DNA of 64,000 bases from NCBI RefSeq assembly GCF_001194135.2, contig NC_068992.1, positions 23,676,471-23,740,470 on the forward strand. Direction: 5' to 3'. Of the stretch, positions 50,045 to 62,126 are shown piece after piece (the stretch's first letter is position 1; each line of letters opens with the position of its first letter). A program made the translations under genes and the position numbers. Source of the DNA: Octopus bimaculoides (lineage: Eukaryota). The notes below the pieces were generated by a model, which saw only the letters and a program-made list of their open reading frames with translations, was not told the origin of the DNA and ran no database searches.

Positions 50045-51542
50045 GGCAGTCCGTTAAATCGACCAAAATGCTCGACTGGTGCTTATTTTATCGACTCCGA
50101 AAGGATGAAACTGACAGTCGACATCGGCGGAATTTCAACCGAGAACTTAAAGACGAATAGTACTGAGCATTTAGCCCGGCGTGATAACGATTCTGCCAGC
50201 TCACCGCATCAGCGTGGTTCTATATTAATTACTAATAAAAGCATCTTAGCAAAGAAATGAATAGCTTTACTAAAATATTGTAAAAGCGCTTTGTTGTCAT
50301 GGGTCGCTTTTGTCTATATCTCCAGCTTAGATCTCGATAATTAATTTAGTATTTTATTTATGGCAATTAGTTTACCGAGGTCTTTTCAAAAATTCATTTC
50401 TATTAGGAGTTATTAATTAAACTGATTTTAGTTCTATAATATATTATTATATTCCTTTCTACAATTTTGTGGGGAGGGGACTAGTCGATTACGTCGACCC
50501 AAGTGTTTGTCTGGTACTAATTTTACTGACTCCGAAAGGATGAAAGGCAAAGTCAACCTCGGCGAAATTTGAACTCAGAACGTCGCAATGAGCTGATTAC
50601 CGCTAGGCATTTCGTCCAAGGTACTAACGATTCTGCTGCCAGCTCGCAGCCAAATTCTTAGTATTATAATCAATACACATCTGGACTATTGATGTGGATC
50701 AAATATATATTAAAAGGCGGCGATGTTACAGAATTGTTGGCACGCTGATCGCAATACTTGGTGACATTTCGTCTGTCTTTGCGTTTTGAGTCTTTTCGAG
50801 ATCGTTAAAATAAATACTAGTTGATCACATGAGTCGATGTAATCGATTTCAAACTTTCCCCTCACAATTGTTGGCCTGAACCAAAATTTGAGACCAATAT
50901 ATAGTAGAAAAATATGAGATATAAACAAAATCATGTGTACATATAAATGGAAGCAGAATCATATATCATAATCATTTCTAGGCCTAAAAGTTGTGAGAAG
51001 GGATTAAAATCAGATACATCGACCCTCAATTCGTAACTAGTACTTATTTAATCGACCCTAAAAGGATGAAATGAAAAGTCAACTTCCGCGAAATTTGAAC
51101 TCACAACGTAAAGACAAACGAAATGCCGTTAGCATGTTTCTCCGGCGCGCTAGTGATGCTTTCCTACTCTGGGCACAAGACCTGAATTTCTTTATGGGAG
51201 GGGCTAGTCGATTAGATCGACGCTGAAAGGATGAAAGGCAAAGTGGGCCACGGCGGAATTTGGACTCAGAACATAGAGACAGACGAAATAACATGAAGCA
51301 TTTCGTCCGGTGTGCTAAACTTTCTTATTTCTTTATTGCCCACAAGGGACTAAACATAGACGGGACAAATAAGGGAATAAATCGATTACATCGACCCAAG
51401 TGCGTAACTGGTACTTAATTTATCGACCCCGAAAGGATGAAAGGCCAAGTCTACTTCGGCGGAATTTGAATTCAGATTAGCGGCAGACGAAATACTGTTA
51501 AGCATTTCGCCTGGCGTGCTAACGATTCTACCAGCTCGCCGC
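50045..51542 (-). mobile_element. SINE family B cluster (minus copies 50045-50207, 50455-50650, 50977-51158, 51161-51325, 51326-51542; plus-strand fragment ~50770-50900)
   Basis: Repeated GAAAGGATGAAAGGCAAAG core and GAATTTGAACTCAG B box. Confidence 0.9.
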
Positions 51543-52524
51543 ATTAGATTTATATATAATATTAATAATAACATTGATAGTTATGTGACATTGATTATAG
51601 TTTATTGAATTAGAACGACCAAGATATTCAATCGAGACAAATATTGTATTCTGTGAAAGTACGAAAAACAAGTTGACAATAACATGATTTGAAATAAAAC
51701 CGTGAAGATATACAAATAAATTTTTAGTTCAGCATTATATTTCCCCGACCGCCGAAGGATGAAAATTGAAGTTGTCCATTATGTGAATTCGAAACTGGAA
51801 CGTAAAATGTGAAATTCATGCCAAGTACGTTGTTCAATACTCTAAGAATTCGGCCAAGACTCTGACCTTTGCCACAATAATAATATTGAACCTCTTGAGC
51901 TGATACGAGAAAAAACAATTGAATTATACTTGTCTCTACTAGAACATAGTTTTCAAGTGAGAGCCGAGGTTATCCCTCAAACATTTATCTTTACCAAATC
52001 GATTTTACGGCTTAATTGTGGGACTGTGTTTCATTTGTGTAAATTTTCGTCAGTTAACTCTTCAGCGACACAAAAAATTAAGTTCAGAGGCGAAGGTTAC
52101 CTAGAAGTTAACAAACCGTACACCGCCGTTAATTTTAAAAGCAAAAAAACATGTTTTTCTCCTTTTTGTTGTAATACGTGTCGTATACTAAGAACGCTTT
52201 GTATCGATAATTACAGGAAATATGTGTTAGTGTGCAGCGCAAAGTCCAACTCCTCGTTTGCTTCTGAATAAACAGATGGAAAACAGAGTCCCGTTGCTTT
52301 GTTGTCACCATACTCTATCAGATTGTTTGCAGTATCTAGTGATTGTTGCAAAACTTAGTCCTACTCTTTTCACCCCCATTGCACCAATGCAAATCAATGA
52401 ATGAGCTTCAACGCTGTGTCTAGATCTGTTAGATATAAGAACCAGTTCATCATTATTTTCCAACATGTCGCTTCAAAATGATTTATTAAAATGTGATCTG
52501 CTGTTATTATCCTTAACTTTACGA

Positions 52525-52970
52525 AGGCAACAAGCAGACAGAACTGTTAGCATGCCAGGAAAAAATGTTTTGAAGCCTTTCTTTGCTCTTTAAGTTCTGA
52601 GGTAAAATTTCGAGAAGGCTGACATTTCCTTTCATTCTCTTGTGATCGATAAAATAAGTTCCATCTGATCACTAGGATCGATGTAATCGAATTAACCTCT
52701 GTCTAAATTACTGGTGACTGCGAGCCAAAATTCGAAACCAGTATCCTTGACCTCAAGGCGGCGAGCTGTCAGAATCATTAGCACACCGGGCTAATGCCTA
52801 GCGGTAGTTCCTCTGTCTTTACGTTCTGAGTTCAACTTCTGCCGAGGTCGACTATGCCTTTCATCCTTTCGAGGTCGATAAATTAAGTACCAGTTGTGTA
52901 CTTGGAACGATCTAATCTACTGGGCCCCCTCCCCCAAAATGTCGGGCCTTGTTCTTAGAGTAGAAAAGAA
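52525..52970 (+). mobile_element. Two SINE family B copies (52525-52740 tail B3; 52756-52970 tail B2)
   Basis: The second copy has a perfect 14-bp TSD TATCCTTGACCTCA (52742-52755, 52971-52984). Confidence 0.92.
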
Positions 52971-53771
52971 TATCCTTGACCTCATCATAATGCACAAACT
53001 TTGCCGAAATTTTGTTTGGTTAGTCCAGTTAATTAGCGTAAATTACCACTTTGTACTACGCTATTACTGAAAACTGTAAACAAGATAAACATGAAACAAA
53101 TGAATTATGAATTTGATAATTTCTTTTCAAGTTCTCATTTTTCCTGCAAAGTGTAAAATTACATTACTCTTAGCCTATACTTATTTACATAGACATCACA
53201 ATTTGCCAGCGACGTAAATACGATCCTCAAACCACAGAAGATAATGTATTCCGCTGTCTCTAAATGCAGTTATACTTAGAAGAATATTAAATCTTTCATC
53301 TAGAATCTATGCATTTTTACTTGTGTTCTAAACGCTTGACTGATGTGGTATGGAAATGACGAATTACCTTCATACGTAAAGAATGGCATTGTTTTCCGAT
53401 TAGATTAGCATCGGCTGCGTTAGTTTAATTCTGTAAGTGGTTTCCGCTTTAAATATAACTAACAGAATTTTATTGAAATTCAAGTGGTTAATCCACAAAC
53501 CAACGAGTGTATAATTATTGCATGCATAAATTAACTTTGCTGTTGCATGTGAGTTCTGTTCTTAAAAATAATTGCAAATTCTGATTAATTTGGCTCCGTA
53601 TTAGAATAGAGAGATCTCTAGACAAAACAAATTCAACTTCTTGCGTAACAAACCAACTAACCGGCCAGGCATGCATACCAATATGTTATATATAGCACAC
53701 GCGCACATACACGTATATACATGTATGTATACATACAGATATTTATATATATTGAGACATCCCATAAATAG

Positions 53772-53948
53772 TGCTTAGCTGCATTTCGTCCGTCTTTACG
53801 TCCTTAGTTGAAATTCAGACACGGTCGAGTTTGCCTTCCGTCCTTTTCAGGTCGATAAAATAAGTACCTGTTGAGAACTGTGGTCGATGTGATCTACTTA
53901 CCTCTCCACTGAATCTGCTGGCCTTGCGCCAAAATTTGAGCCCAATAT
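53772..53948 (+). mobile_element. SINE family B (tail B3), 5'-truncated
   Basis: Core plus CTGGCCTTGCGCCAAAATTTGA tail. Confidence 0.82.
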
Positions 53949-54089
53949 TACATACTTTGTTAACCGGCCACCTGGCAACTTTCGAATGATGACTTCTGAT
54001 CTCTTCCTCTAGTCTCAATTTCCATGCTGCCTACGAAAACTAGGCAGCAGTGTCATGCTAAATATAATAACCAAACGCTTTCTTTACCA

Positions 54090-54433
54090 TTTACTTGTAT
54101 CTGTTAGTTGACTGCGGTCATGCTGGGGCATCTCCTTCAAGGCTTTAGTTGAACCAATTGACCCATGTACTTACGTTTCTTTAACGTTGGCATTAATTCA
54201 AATGGGCTTTTTTGATGATCTGTTAAGTTACGAGGACATAAACACACACACACACACACACACACAGACACAAATGTATATGACGGGCTTTCGTATACTA
54301 AATCTACTCACAAAGCTTTGTTCGACCTGCAGATTTAACAGAAGACTGTTGGTCAAGATGCCACGCAGTGGGACTGAACCTGGAACCATGTGATTGGGAA
54401 GCAAGCTTTTTACCACGCAGCCACGACTGCGTC
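54090..54433 (-). mobile_element. SINE family C, full length, diverged
   Basis: tRNA head (GTGGGACTGAACC on plus) and (CA)n middle segment, as in 31290-31676. Confidence 0.85.
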
Positions 54434-55147
54434 TACGTCTGCATATCTGCTATATATCTGTTAAGCGGCAACAAAGAAAGCATGTAGCCTAGTTTTGAAA
54501 CAGCAGAGCTCTTAATTATTAAGGTATTGGTTCAGTTTTCGTTCGGTAGAGGGATCAAAGTGCGTTTGTCTCTATGCAAGCTATTTAACTCCACCTTTCT
54601 CTGCGTGAATCAGCTGGAAAAAGTGGTATTTTTGATTCAAAGCGTGGTCCGGTCAGCAACTTTAACGAACCACTGGTGCTACCAATAACCTTCAAACATG
54701 AAAAGGAATACGTCTAGCAGTGGACTGCTAAATCCTCTTAATCTCACAAGATCTAGTAGATTCTGAACTGGCGAAGCTTTATTAAGAAAGTTTATCGAGA
54801 TGAACGTTCTGCGAAGTTGCCATCATGTTTCTCAACGATTAGATTAAAATAATACTTTTTCTCAATTAAATGTTTTCATCTCCTTAGAGGGTATAGTTAA
54901 TTAAAATTTCAGTTGATTAAAATTTCGCAGTTGTTACTCATTTGCCCTCATGTGATTTCATCAACGATATTCATCGAACCTCAGTTCTCCTTTCTGCGTT
55001 TTTACGGTAATTCTAATTAACTAAAATTATTTCACACTCTTCGTTTAATAAGAATAGGTTAGCACTCTCTGTTCGGTCGTGGTAGAGTTTGATACGATTC
55101 TATATCATATTGATGTCAGACTTTTGCAAAAGGTGAGCTATTTCGTG

Positions 55148-55322
55148 AAGGGAACAAGTCGATTTGATCGACTCCAGTGTTCAACTGGTACTTGTTTCTT
55201 CGAGCCCGGAAGGAGGAAATATCAAGTCGACTTTGGCGGAATTTGAACTCAGAACGCAAAGAAAGACGAACTGCCTCCAAGCATTTCGACCGGAGTGCTA
55301 ACGATTCTGCCAGTTCGCCGCC
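55148..55322 (-). mobile_element. SINE family B
   Basis: Core, B box and head GATTCTGCCAGTTCGCCGCC. Confidence 0.85.
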
Positions 55323-57196
55323 TTAGAATACTATATAAAATGATTTCCCTTTCTGCTTTTATATGCGAAATCTCTCGTTGACGTTACTTTGGTAATTCTT
55401 CTTATTGTTTCCCTGTATTGTGCCAGTTTGATATTGTCCTATTTTACTTTATTAGCTAAATCTTCCATTATACTCTCTTCGCGATTGTTACTTTTAAGAC
55501 ACAGGTCAGCCAAGATCACACAGTCATATAAAATTTGCATGCATACATGAACATATCATGTGATGTGAATTAGGACTCATTTTAACTGTGCATATAAGTT
55601 AATTGTTGCTTTAAGTTTAAACCTTCTGACCGACTATTCAATGATCAAATAAAATTGTTGTTCCTGTTCAGGGTTGTGACTTTAGCCTTTATATTTTGAA
55701 GGCATAAGCAAGCCGTCTCCATGTACAACTGCAAAAATAATGTGAGTTACACTACATACATAAATTGTAAATTCTACCACATCAACAAAACTTCCCATTG
55801 TATCAACAAACACAAGTTTTGAATCATTTTGAATTTTTATTATTTGTAACCCCTCCTTTGAAAATAAGTGACTTTAGAGTAGCATGTCGATACTTTGATA
55901 TTTGGGACGTTTTGTGAAATATGAAGGACCCTTTGAAAATTAAAAATCGAAATACTTCATAAAAGCGCGACAACAATATGAATGGAGAAAAATAAATCGA
56001 TGATGTTGATTGATGAAATTTGCGTTTATGTTTTTCGGCGTGTTTTCAAAGGCAAATTGATATGCCTGTTGCTAGATATACAAGCATGATTTGATGTTGT
56101 TTTTGGCAGATATCATAAAGGAATTTCAACATTTGCTTATGCACTACGGCTATCACAATAATGATAGTAGTGATGGTTGAGGCGCTGGTAGTAGTGTCGG
56201 GTTTTTTGAGGGTGAAGACTACGACGACTATAATGATGGTGGTAGTGATGATGATAATGACGAGGAGGAAAAGGAGAAGGTGGGGGGAGTCCATTTCATT
56301 CATCACGCTTAGAGAGTTCCTCTGTAATTAAAACACAATTTCATCTTGGTTCTTGTTTACAATAAACGTCATATATATATATATCTTGGCGTTGCACCAA
56401 CCAACTTGCTGAATTTTTAGTTTACTATAAAAATTGGTTGTAAACATCTTACCTGGCGCCACCACCGCCATCATTGTTTTCTCCCCCAAAGAAAGTATGG
56501 GCGAAAATTAAATGAGATGGAATTGTTCATATTTAGCTATTATCTTCAACTGAAGGCTTCATGCAGACATGAAATACACGAATGTTTCATTTCACATACG
56601 TGATTTCTCCAATGTCTGCGCATGTGTATAAAGTATATACACATCTACATATACACACGCGCGCATATAAAACCACACACGCGCACACACACAAAACACA
56701 CACGCACTCATACATACATACATTATATTACATATATGTAAGTATATGTAGATATAAGTATANNNNNNNNNNNNNNNNNNNNNNNNNNNNNNNNNNNNNN
56801 NNNNNNNNNNNNNNNNNNNNNNNNNNNNNNNNNNNNNNNNNNNNNNNNNNNNNNNNNNNNNNNNNNNNNNNNNNNNNNNNNNNNNNNNNNNNNNNNNNNN
56901 NNNNNNNNNNNNNNNNNNNNNNNNNNNNNNNNNNNNNNNNNNNNNNNNNNNNNNNNNNNNNNNNNNNNNNNNNNNNNNNNNNNNNNNNNNNNNNNNNNNN
57001 NNNNNNNNNNNNNNNNNNNNNNNNNNNNNNNNNNNNNNNNNNNNNNNNNNNNNNNNNNNNNNNNNNNNNNNNNNNNNNNNNNNNNNNNNNNNNNNNNNNN
57101 NNNNNNNNNNNNNNNNNNNNNNNNNNNNNNNNNNNNNNNNNNNNNNNNNNNNNNNNNNNNNNNNNNNNNNNNNNNNNNNNNNNNNNNNNNNNNNNN

Positions 57197-57235
<39 letters not shown>

Positions 57236-57390
57236 TAAGTCATTAGTTACGGTGTCCTCTATTAGAAACGTAGTAGAGTATAGTAATAAACTTGTCTACC
57301 TTCATATTTACCCTGTGCTATCCATTAGTAGTATTATAGGCACTTCCAGGTTTGCGTTTGGGAATATGTCGTGTGTGAATAGAAAAACGG

Positions 57391-57826
57391 AAAAAACTTT
57401 GGAGTCAAAAAGTAGGAGCATGGTCGGACATTTACTTCCTATCACTACAATTGTTTCCACGAACATAGTTCTGCAGGCATGTAGGTACTTGATTATGTAT
57501 CCGTTTCCCTACGCTATGAAATCTACTTATGTTTCCTCAGACAATATATAAATATTGTGTCCGTAAGTTCAAGTTCTCAGCTTCAAGAACCTTTTCTCTC
57601 TCAGAGATGTTGTTCTTGAAGAGGATATTTTAAAAGCCGTGAATTTGAATTCACAGAAGTAATATTTACTATCGTCTGAGGAAACACAACTAGATCTCAT
57701 AATGCAGAGAAACGGTTGCATAGTCGATTACCTGTACTCCTGGAGAACTATGTTGCGTGGAAACGATTATAGTGATAGAAAATATGTGTCTACACGCACT
57801 CCTTCTTGTTGACTCCAATTTTTTTT
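57391..57826. mobile_element. Foldback / MITE-like element with ~165-bp imperfect inverted arms
   Basis: 57391-57556 aligns to the reverse complement of 57661-57826 (TTGGAGTCAA, CTATCACTA, GTTTCCACG, ACATAGTTCT, TGTTTCCTCAGAC, AAATATT). Confidence 0.8.
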
Positions 57827-58066
57827 TCGAATTATATATAAGTATATATATTCGCTATAAGCGACTGAATGAGCCTTTGTAACGAACGTTCAAAAAAAAA
57901 AAACAGCACAGAAAAATATAGATTATATCGGTGATAGAACTTTCACCCGCACTGGCGGAAGAGACTGTTGTATTATCCAATTTCAGCGCAATTTGAGCTT
58001 CATCAGCCATAGGTATGGTATCACTGAATTCTAAGTCGAATTCCGTCAAACCGATATATTTTAACG

Positions 58067-58115
58067 CTGACTAATTTCCATAACTGACTAATTTCCATAA
58101 CTGACTAATTTCCAT
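58067..58115. repeat. 17-bp tandem repeat (TAACTGACTAATTTCCA) x~3
   Basis: Exact copies. Confidence 0.95.
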
Positions 58116-58196
58116 TGAGAAATAGGTAACAACGTTTGATACTGTTAATTTTAAGTGAATAATGTAAGTAGTAAATGAATGAATAGTAAAGAGAAT

Positions 58197-58600
58197 TGTA
58201 CATTATTTACATTATTTACATTTGACGGATATTTGTCCTCACCTTGTTTGTTGTTATCAAAACGTTTCGGCCGATATACCCTCCAGCCTTCATCAGGTGT
58301 CTCGGGAAAATTTCGAAATTTCTGGGCTCTCATTCCTAAGGTATTTTTCGATCTTATCATTATTATTATTTTTTTTTTTTCAGGTCACGGCTTGAAATCG
58401 AAATCGGAATCTTTGGGTTAGTAGCCATATGCCCTTAGGAATGAGAATCCAGATTCGAAATTTCCCCAAGACACCTGATGAAGGCTGGGGAGGGGTATAT
58501 CAGCCGAAACGTTGTGTTAACAACAAACAAGATGAGGACAAATATCCGTCAAATGTAAATAATGTACGTAATTGCTCATCTCTTAAATATAGAACTGTAT
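58197..58600 (+). mobile_element. Family D inverted composite
   Basis: Minus arm (tail, linker, internally deleted head) is followed by a plus 3' arm ending ATATAGAACTGT. Perfect 10-bp TSD TAAAGAGAAT (58187-58196, 58601-58610). Confidence 0.92.
58470..58518 (+). ncRNA. Minimal type I hammerhead ribozyme motif (second intact copy)
   Basis: GACAC-CTGATGA-A-GGCTG-loop-CAGCC-GAAAC-GTT-GTGTT. The stems are identical to 28694-28738 while loop II differs. Confidence 0.7.
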
Positions 58601-59351
58601 TAAAGAGAATGTTTTAGAGAATTAATGAAGCAAGCCCCGGCAGCGAAGCAGGGAGATTTGAAATAGGATACCAGAAATTCAAAATTAACTTTTAGAAATG
58701 GTTGCTTTTTAAAGTTGATCTCAGAGCAGGAGATCAGATGAAACACTGCAAAATATCTTAACAGATGCCCTGACAATTCTCGAAAACATCTCCACCTCTA
58801 ATCATTTGGAAAACCAGTACAAATGATAACGTAGAACGGGAATAATGTAACGAAAGTTATTTTCAGTCTTGAAAGGAAACCAACACTCTTAAAGCTAAGC
58901 CTGAAACAATGGCCAGATATGAAGGAAAAAGGAAAACAAAGCTAAGAATTGTTACAAAGTAAAATATAAGGGATTCATGGATATGGAGGTGGGGTCCGGT
59001 TCCCCTACCGCCTATTTTCCGAACAAAAGGAAGGGATTTGCAGCATATTAGGAGGTCAGGGTACTTGATTCCATGCAAAGAATCAGAGTTACTTTTTCTT
59101 AGTGAGAATCGTGTAGGTGAAAAGATCAATGGGGGTGAACTTTCCGAGACTTCCACCTCACCTCACCCCATTTTTCGGACCAAAAAACGTGTTTTGTTGC
59201 ATATTAGGATGTCATTAACTACACTATTTTTTCTTAAAACCGAGGACACAAAACATGTTGACCACTCTCCATGGCATAAAAATGACTGAGATCACTACAT
59301 TATCTGAACAGCTTGCCGGCTTCTTGCTGGATTCAATGACAGCTATTTTGA

Positions 59352-59525
59352 TATGAGGGGACAAGTCAGTTACATTGCAACCAGTATTTGATGGGTGCTT
59401 CATTCTATCAGTCCCGAAGGGATGAAAGGCAAATTTGATCTCGAGAAAATTTTAACTTAAAACATTAAGAGTTGGGTCATACGTCGCTCAGCATTTTCAT
59501 CGTCTCATTGATGATTCTCTTAGCT
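59352..59525 (-). mobile_element. SINE family B, old diverged copy
   Basis: CCCGAAGGGATGAAAGGCAAA core and a degenerate head. Confidence 0.7.
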
Positions 59526-61956
59526 CGTTGCATTTGACTCCCCCATACGGTGATAAACAGATACATTACAGTGCTGATACTGCTGGAATCATTTCCATCA
59601 AAAACAACAACCTAAATGAAGTCAAATGAAAAAGTCTCTACGTGTCCTTTTGACCTGACAGAAACAGGAGAATCTACCTAAAATCACACCCTGTCGACAT
59701 AGGAAACGAGTTGTCAAACAATATTGTTTTGGGTCTCTGCAGACAGACTACAGACAGGATGGTCACAGCTGGAATTCCTGGATTATAGGACTAATATGGA
59801 GCTAAGGAATTACTATATCAACAACAAACTAGTTATATTTCAAACTGAATATCTGGGGAATATATTTAAGGATCAACAAGCTTGTTGATATGTTATACAT
59901 TCTAAACGTTTCTATACGAAATATACGACAGATAGCATATTATCTATCATGTCGTGCGATGCCGTGTAATGCGAGTAAAATACTTAGATTAGCGTAAAAT
60001 AAGACTTTTCATCTTTTCGATTTACTGTCGGCGTGACAAGTAAGAATATTAGCTTCGTTATCTACAGAAACGAATATCTAATATTGATTGCAACTACAGT
60101 AATATCATAAAAGTTGCGACATATTTTCGTAGCAAATGATCTGGTGAAATATATGGTTTACAACACAAACAACCTCGGTAACATCTCGAAATATCCTTGA
60201 AGTCAACCAGCTTGAAAATAAAGATATTAACATTGCGAAATTAGAAGCTACATCTTCAAGCTGAAATAGCTATATTGAATAAACATTTTTATCCTCCTGT
60301 TTTAAGCATTTCCTGACAGTGTTCAGTCAACTGTGAGTTCATGTGAGATTGTATTTAAGAGTATCCGCGTGTGAAGGATTCGGAATGTATGTGGACGTCT
60401 TTGTTTGTGCTTGTGTCTGTGTTTGTATGGAAATATGATTGCCCTGACATTCGTGTATATATATATATATATATATATGGGGGGGGGGGGTATATATGCA
60501 TATAGTTGTATAAATATTTACGTCATGTCCATAATACATGGAAGTATATAAATGTTTGTGGGTGGTGTGTAGGTAAGTTTTACAGACACGGCCACATACA
60601 CACACATACACACATATATATATATGTGTATATACATACATATATATATATTTATATACACATACAAATATATATGTATGTATGTATGTATGTGTGTATG
60701 TATGTATGTATGCATATGTATATATGCTCGCAGGGAAATTATGGACGCAGGAATGATAATATATTAAAACTAGAAAAGTATTTGACAAGGGTAGATGTAT
60801 GCATGTATGTAAGTATGTATGCCTGTATTAATGCATATATGTATGTGTGTATGTATGTATGTATGTATGTAAGCATGTATGCCTGTATGTATGCATGCAT
60901 TCATGCATATATGTATGTATGTATGTCTGTATATACGTATGTATGTGTGAATTGCAGCTGTAACTAGAGTTGAAATTTCTCAAAATATGATGGATTTAGT
61001 TTAATTGAACTATAAATGTATATACCTGCTTTGTACTCCAACACTTCTTGTGATGAAACTTCTTTAGGGGACTCCGTTTATTTACTGTCAGTAAATAAAT
61101 GATAATACATGAAGGAAGGTGGGAGAGAAGCAGCTGTATAACATGGAAATGTAGCGTTTCTTATTTCAAATTTAAAATAATTTCTTGTGCTAACGTTCTT
61201 TCAGCGGAGACGCCATTTATTCAAACAGAAATATCTGCTCATCAAGGCGGGAAAAATAATCACATGTTCTCTACCTTAAAGTAGTAAGAAAAAACAATTC
61301 GAGAGCGCATAGAGGAACGGTTAGCTATTGTACTCACGATCGCAAGTTAGAAGTTACTATTTCTTGTGCATTTTACTCTTGAGCAAAGCACATCATCTCA
61401 CATTGCTCTCTGATCTTTTCGACACCTTATTTGAGGTACACCCTGCACCAGTTCAGCCAACGTCGATGTGGTGCATTTGCTTAATATAAAGAATTCCTTT
61501 GCAGAAGTTCTTTAGCAAGAACTTGCAGAAAATTCTTCACGTCCTACGAGAGATTACCATCAAGAGTAAAATAAACAGTAGCACCATGTCAGCACTGAAA
61601 TAATAACGAATAAATGATGTTTTTGGAGTGGGGTTCTCTCTTCTGGCATTAAAACAGACAATTCTATTCTATGAGAGTCAAAGGGTAAAGAATCCTATGC
61701 CCACAAAGACTCATCCCACATTACACATGATGTTTAGAAATCTTTTGCAAAAGGATACAAAATTTAAGTTATCTTCATCATACTCGGAAAAAGAACCATT
61801 GGACACGGTCTCAAAGCATATGAAAGGATTCTTCGCAAAAAAATTAAAATGTGCTTTCATATGAATGTGCTATGAAGGGCAAATATTTTTCTTCTAGTAT
61901 TTTCCCTCCTTTTTCAGGCGCTGAGCAGGTAGAATCATTAGTACACGAGAAAAAAT

Positions 61957-62126
61957 ACTTAACAGCATTTCTTCCAATTTTGCGTTCAGAGATCAAATGA
62001 CGCCGAGGACGACTTTGCCTTTTATCCTTTCGGGATCGATAAAATAAGTACCAGTTCAGCACTGTGGTCGATGTGATTTACTTTCCCCACTCCGAAATAG
62101 CTGGCCTGGTGCCAACATTTGAAACC
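61957..62126 (+). mobile_element. SINE family B (tail B3)
   Basis: GACTTTGCCTTTTATCCTTTCGGGATCGATAAAATAAGTACCAG core and CTGGCCTGGTGCCAACATTTGAAACC tail. Confidence 0.85.

Noticed and set aside
57955-58000. CTGATGA..GAAA hammerhead-like string on the minus strand
   Set aside because: Stem I cannot form. The surrounding frame DLEFSD.. may be an RTE remnant, but that is too weak to call.
58067-58115. CRISPR-like repeat arrays (also 2449-2502, 30506-30550)
   Set aside because: The repeats abut with no spacers, and the context is eukaryotic.
61628-61864. 78-aa ORF; an alternative frame has an RTE-like GHGLKAYERIL
   Set aside because: A single weak motif, insufficient to call either a gene or a LINE.
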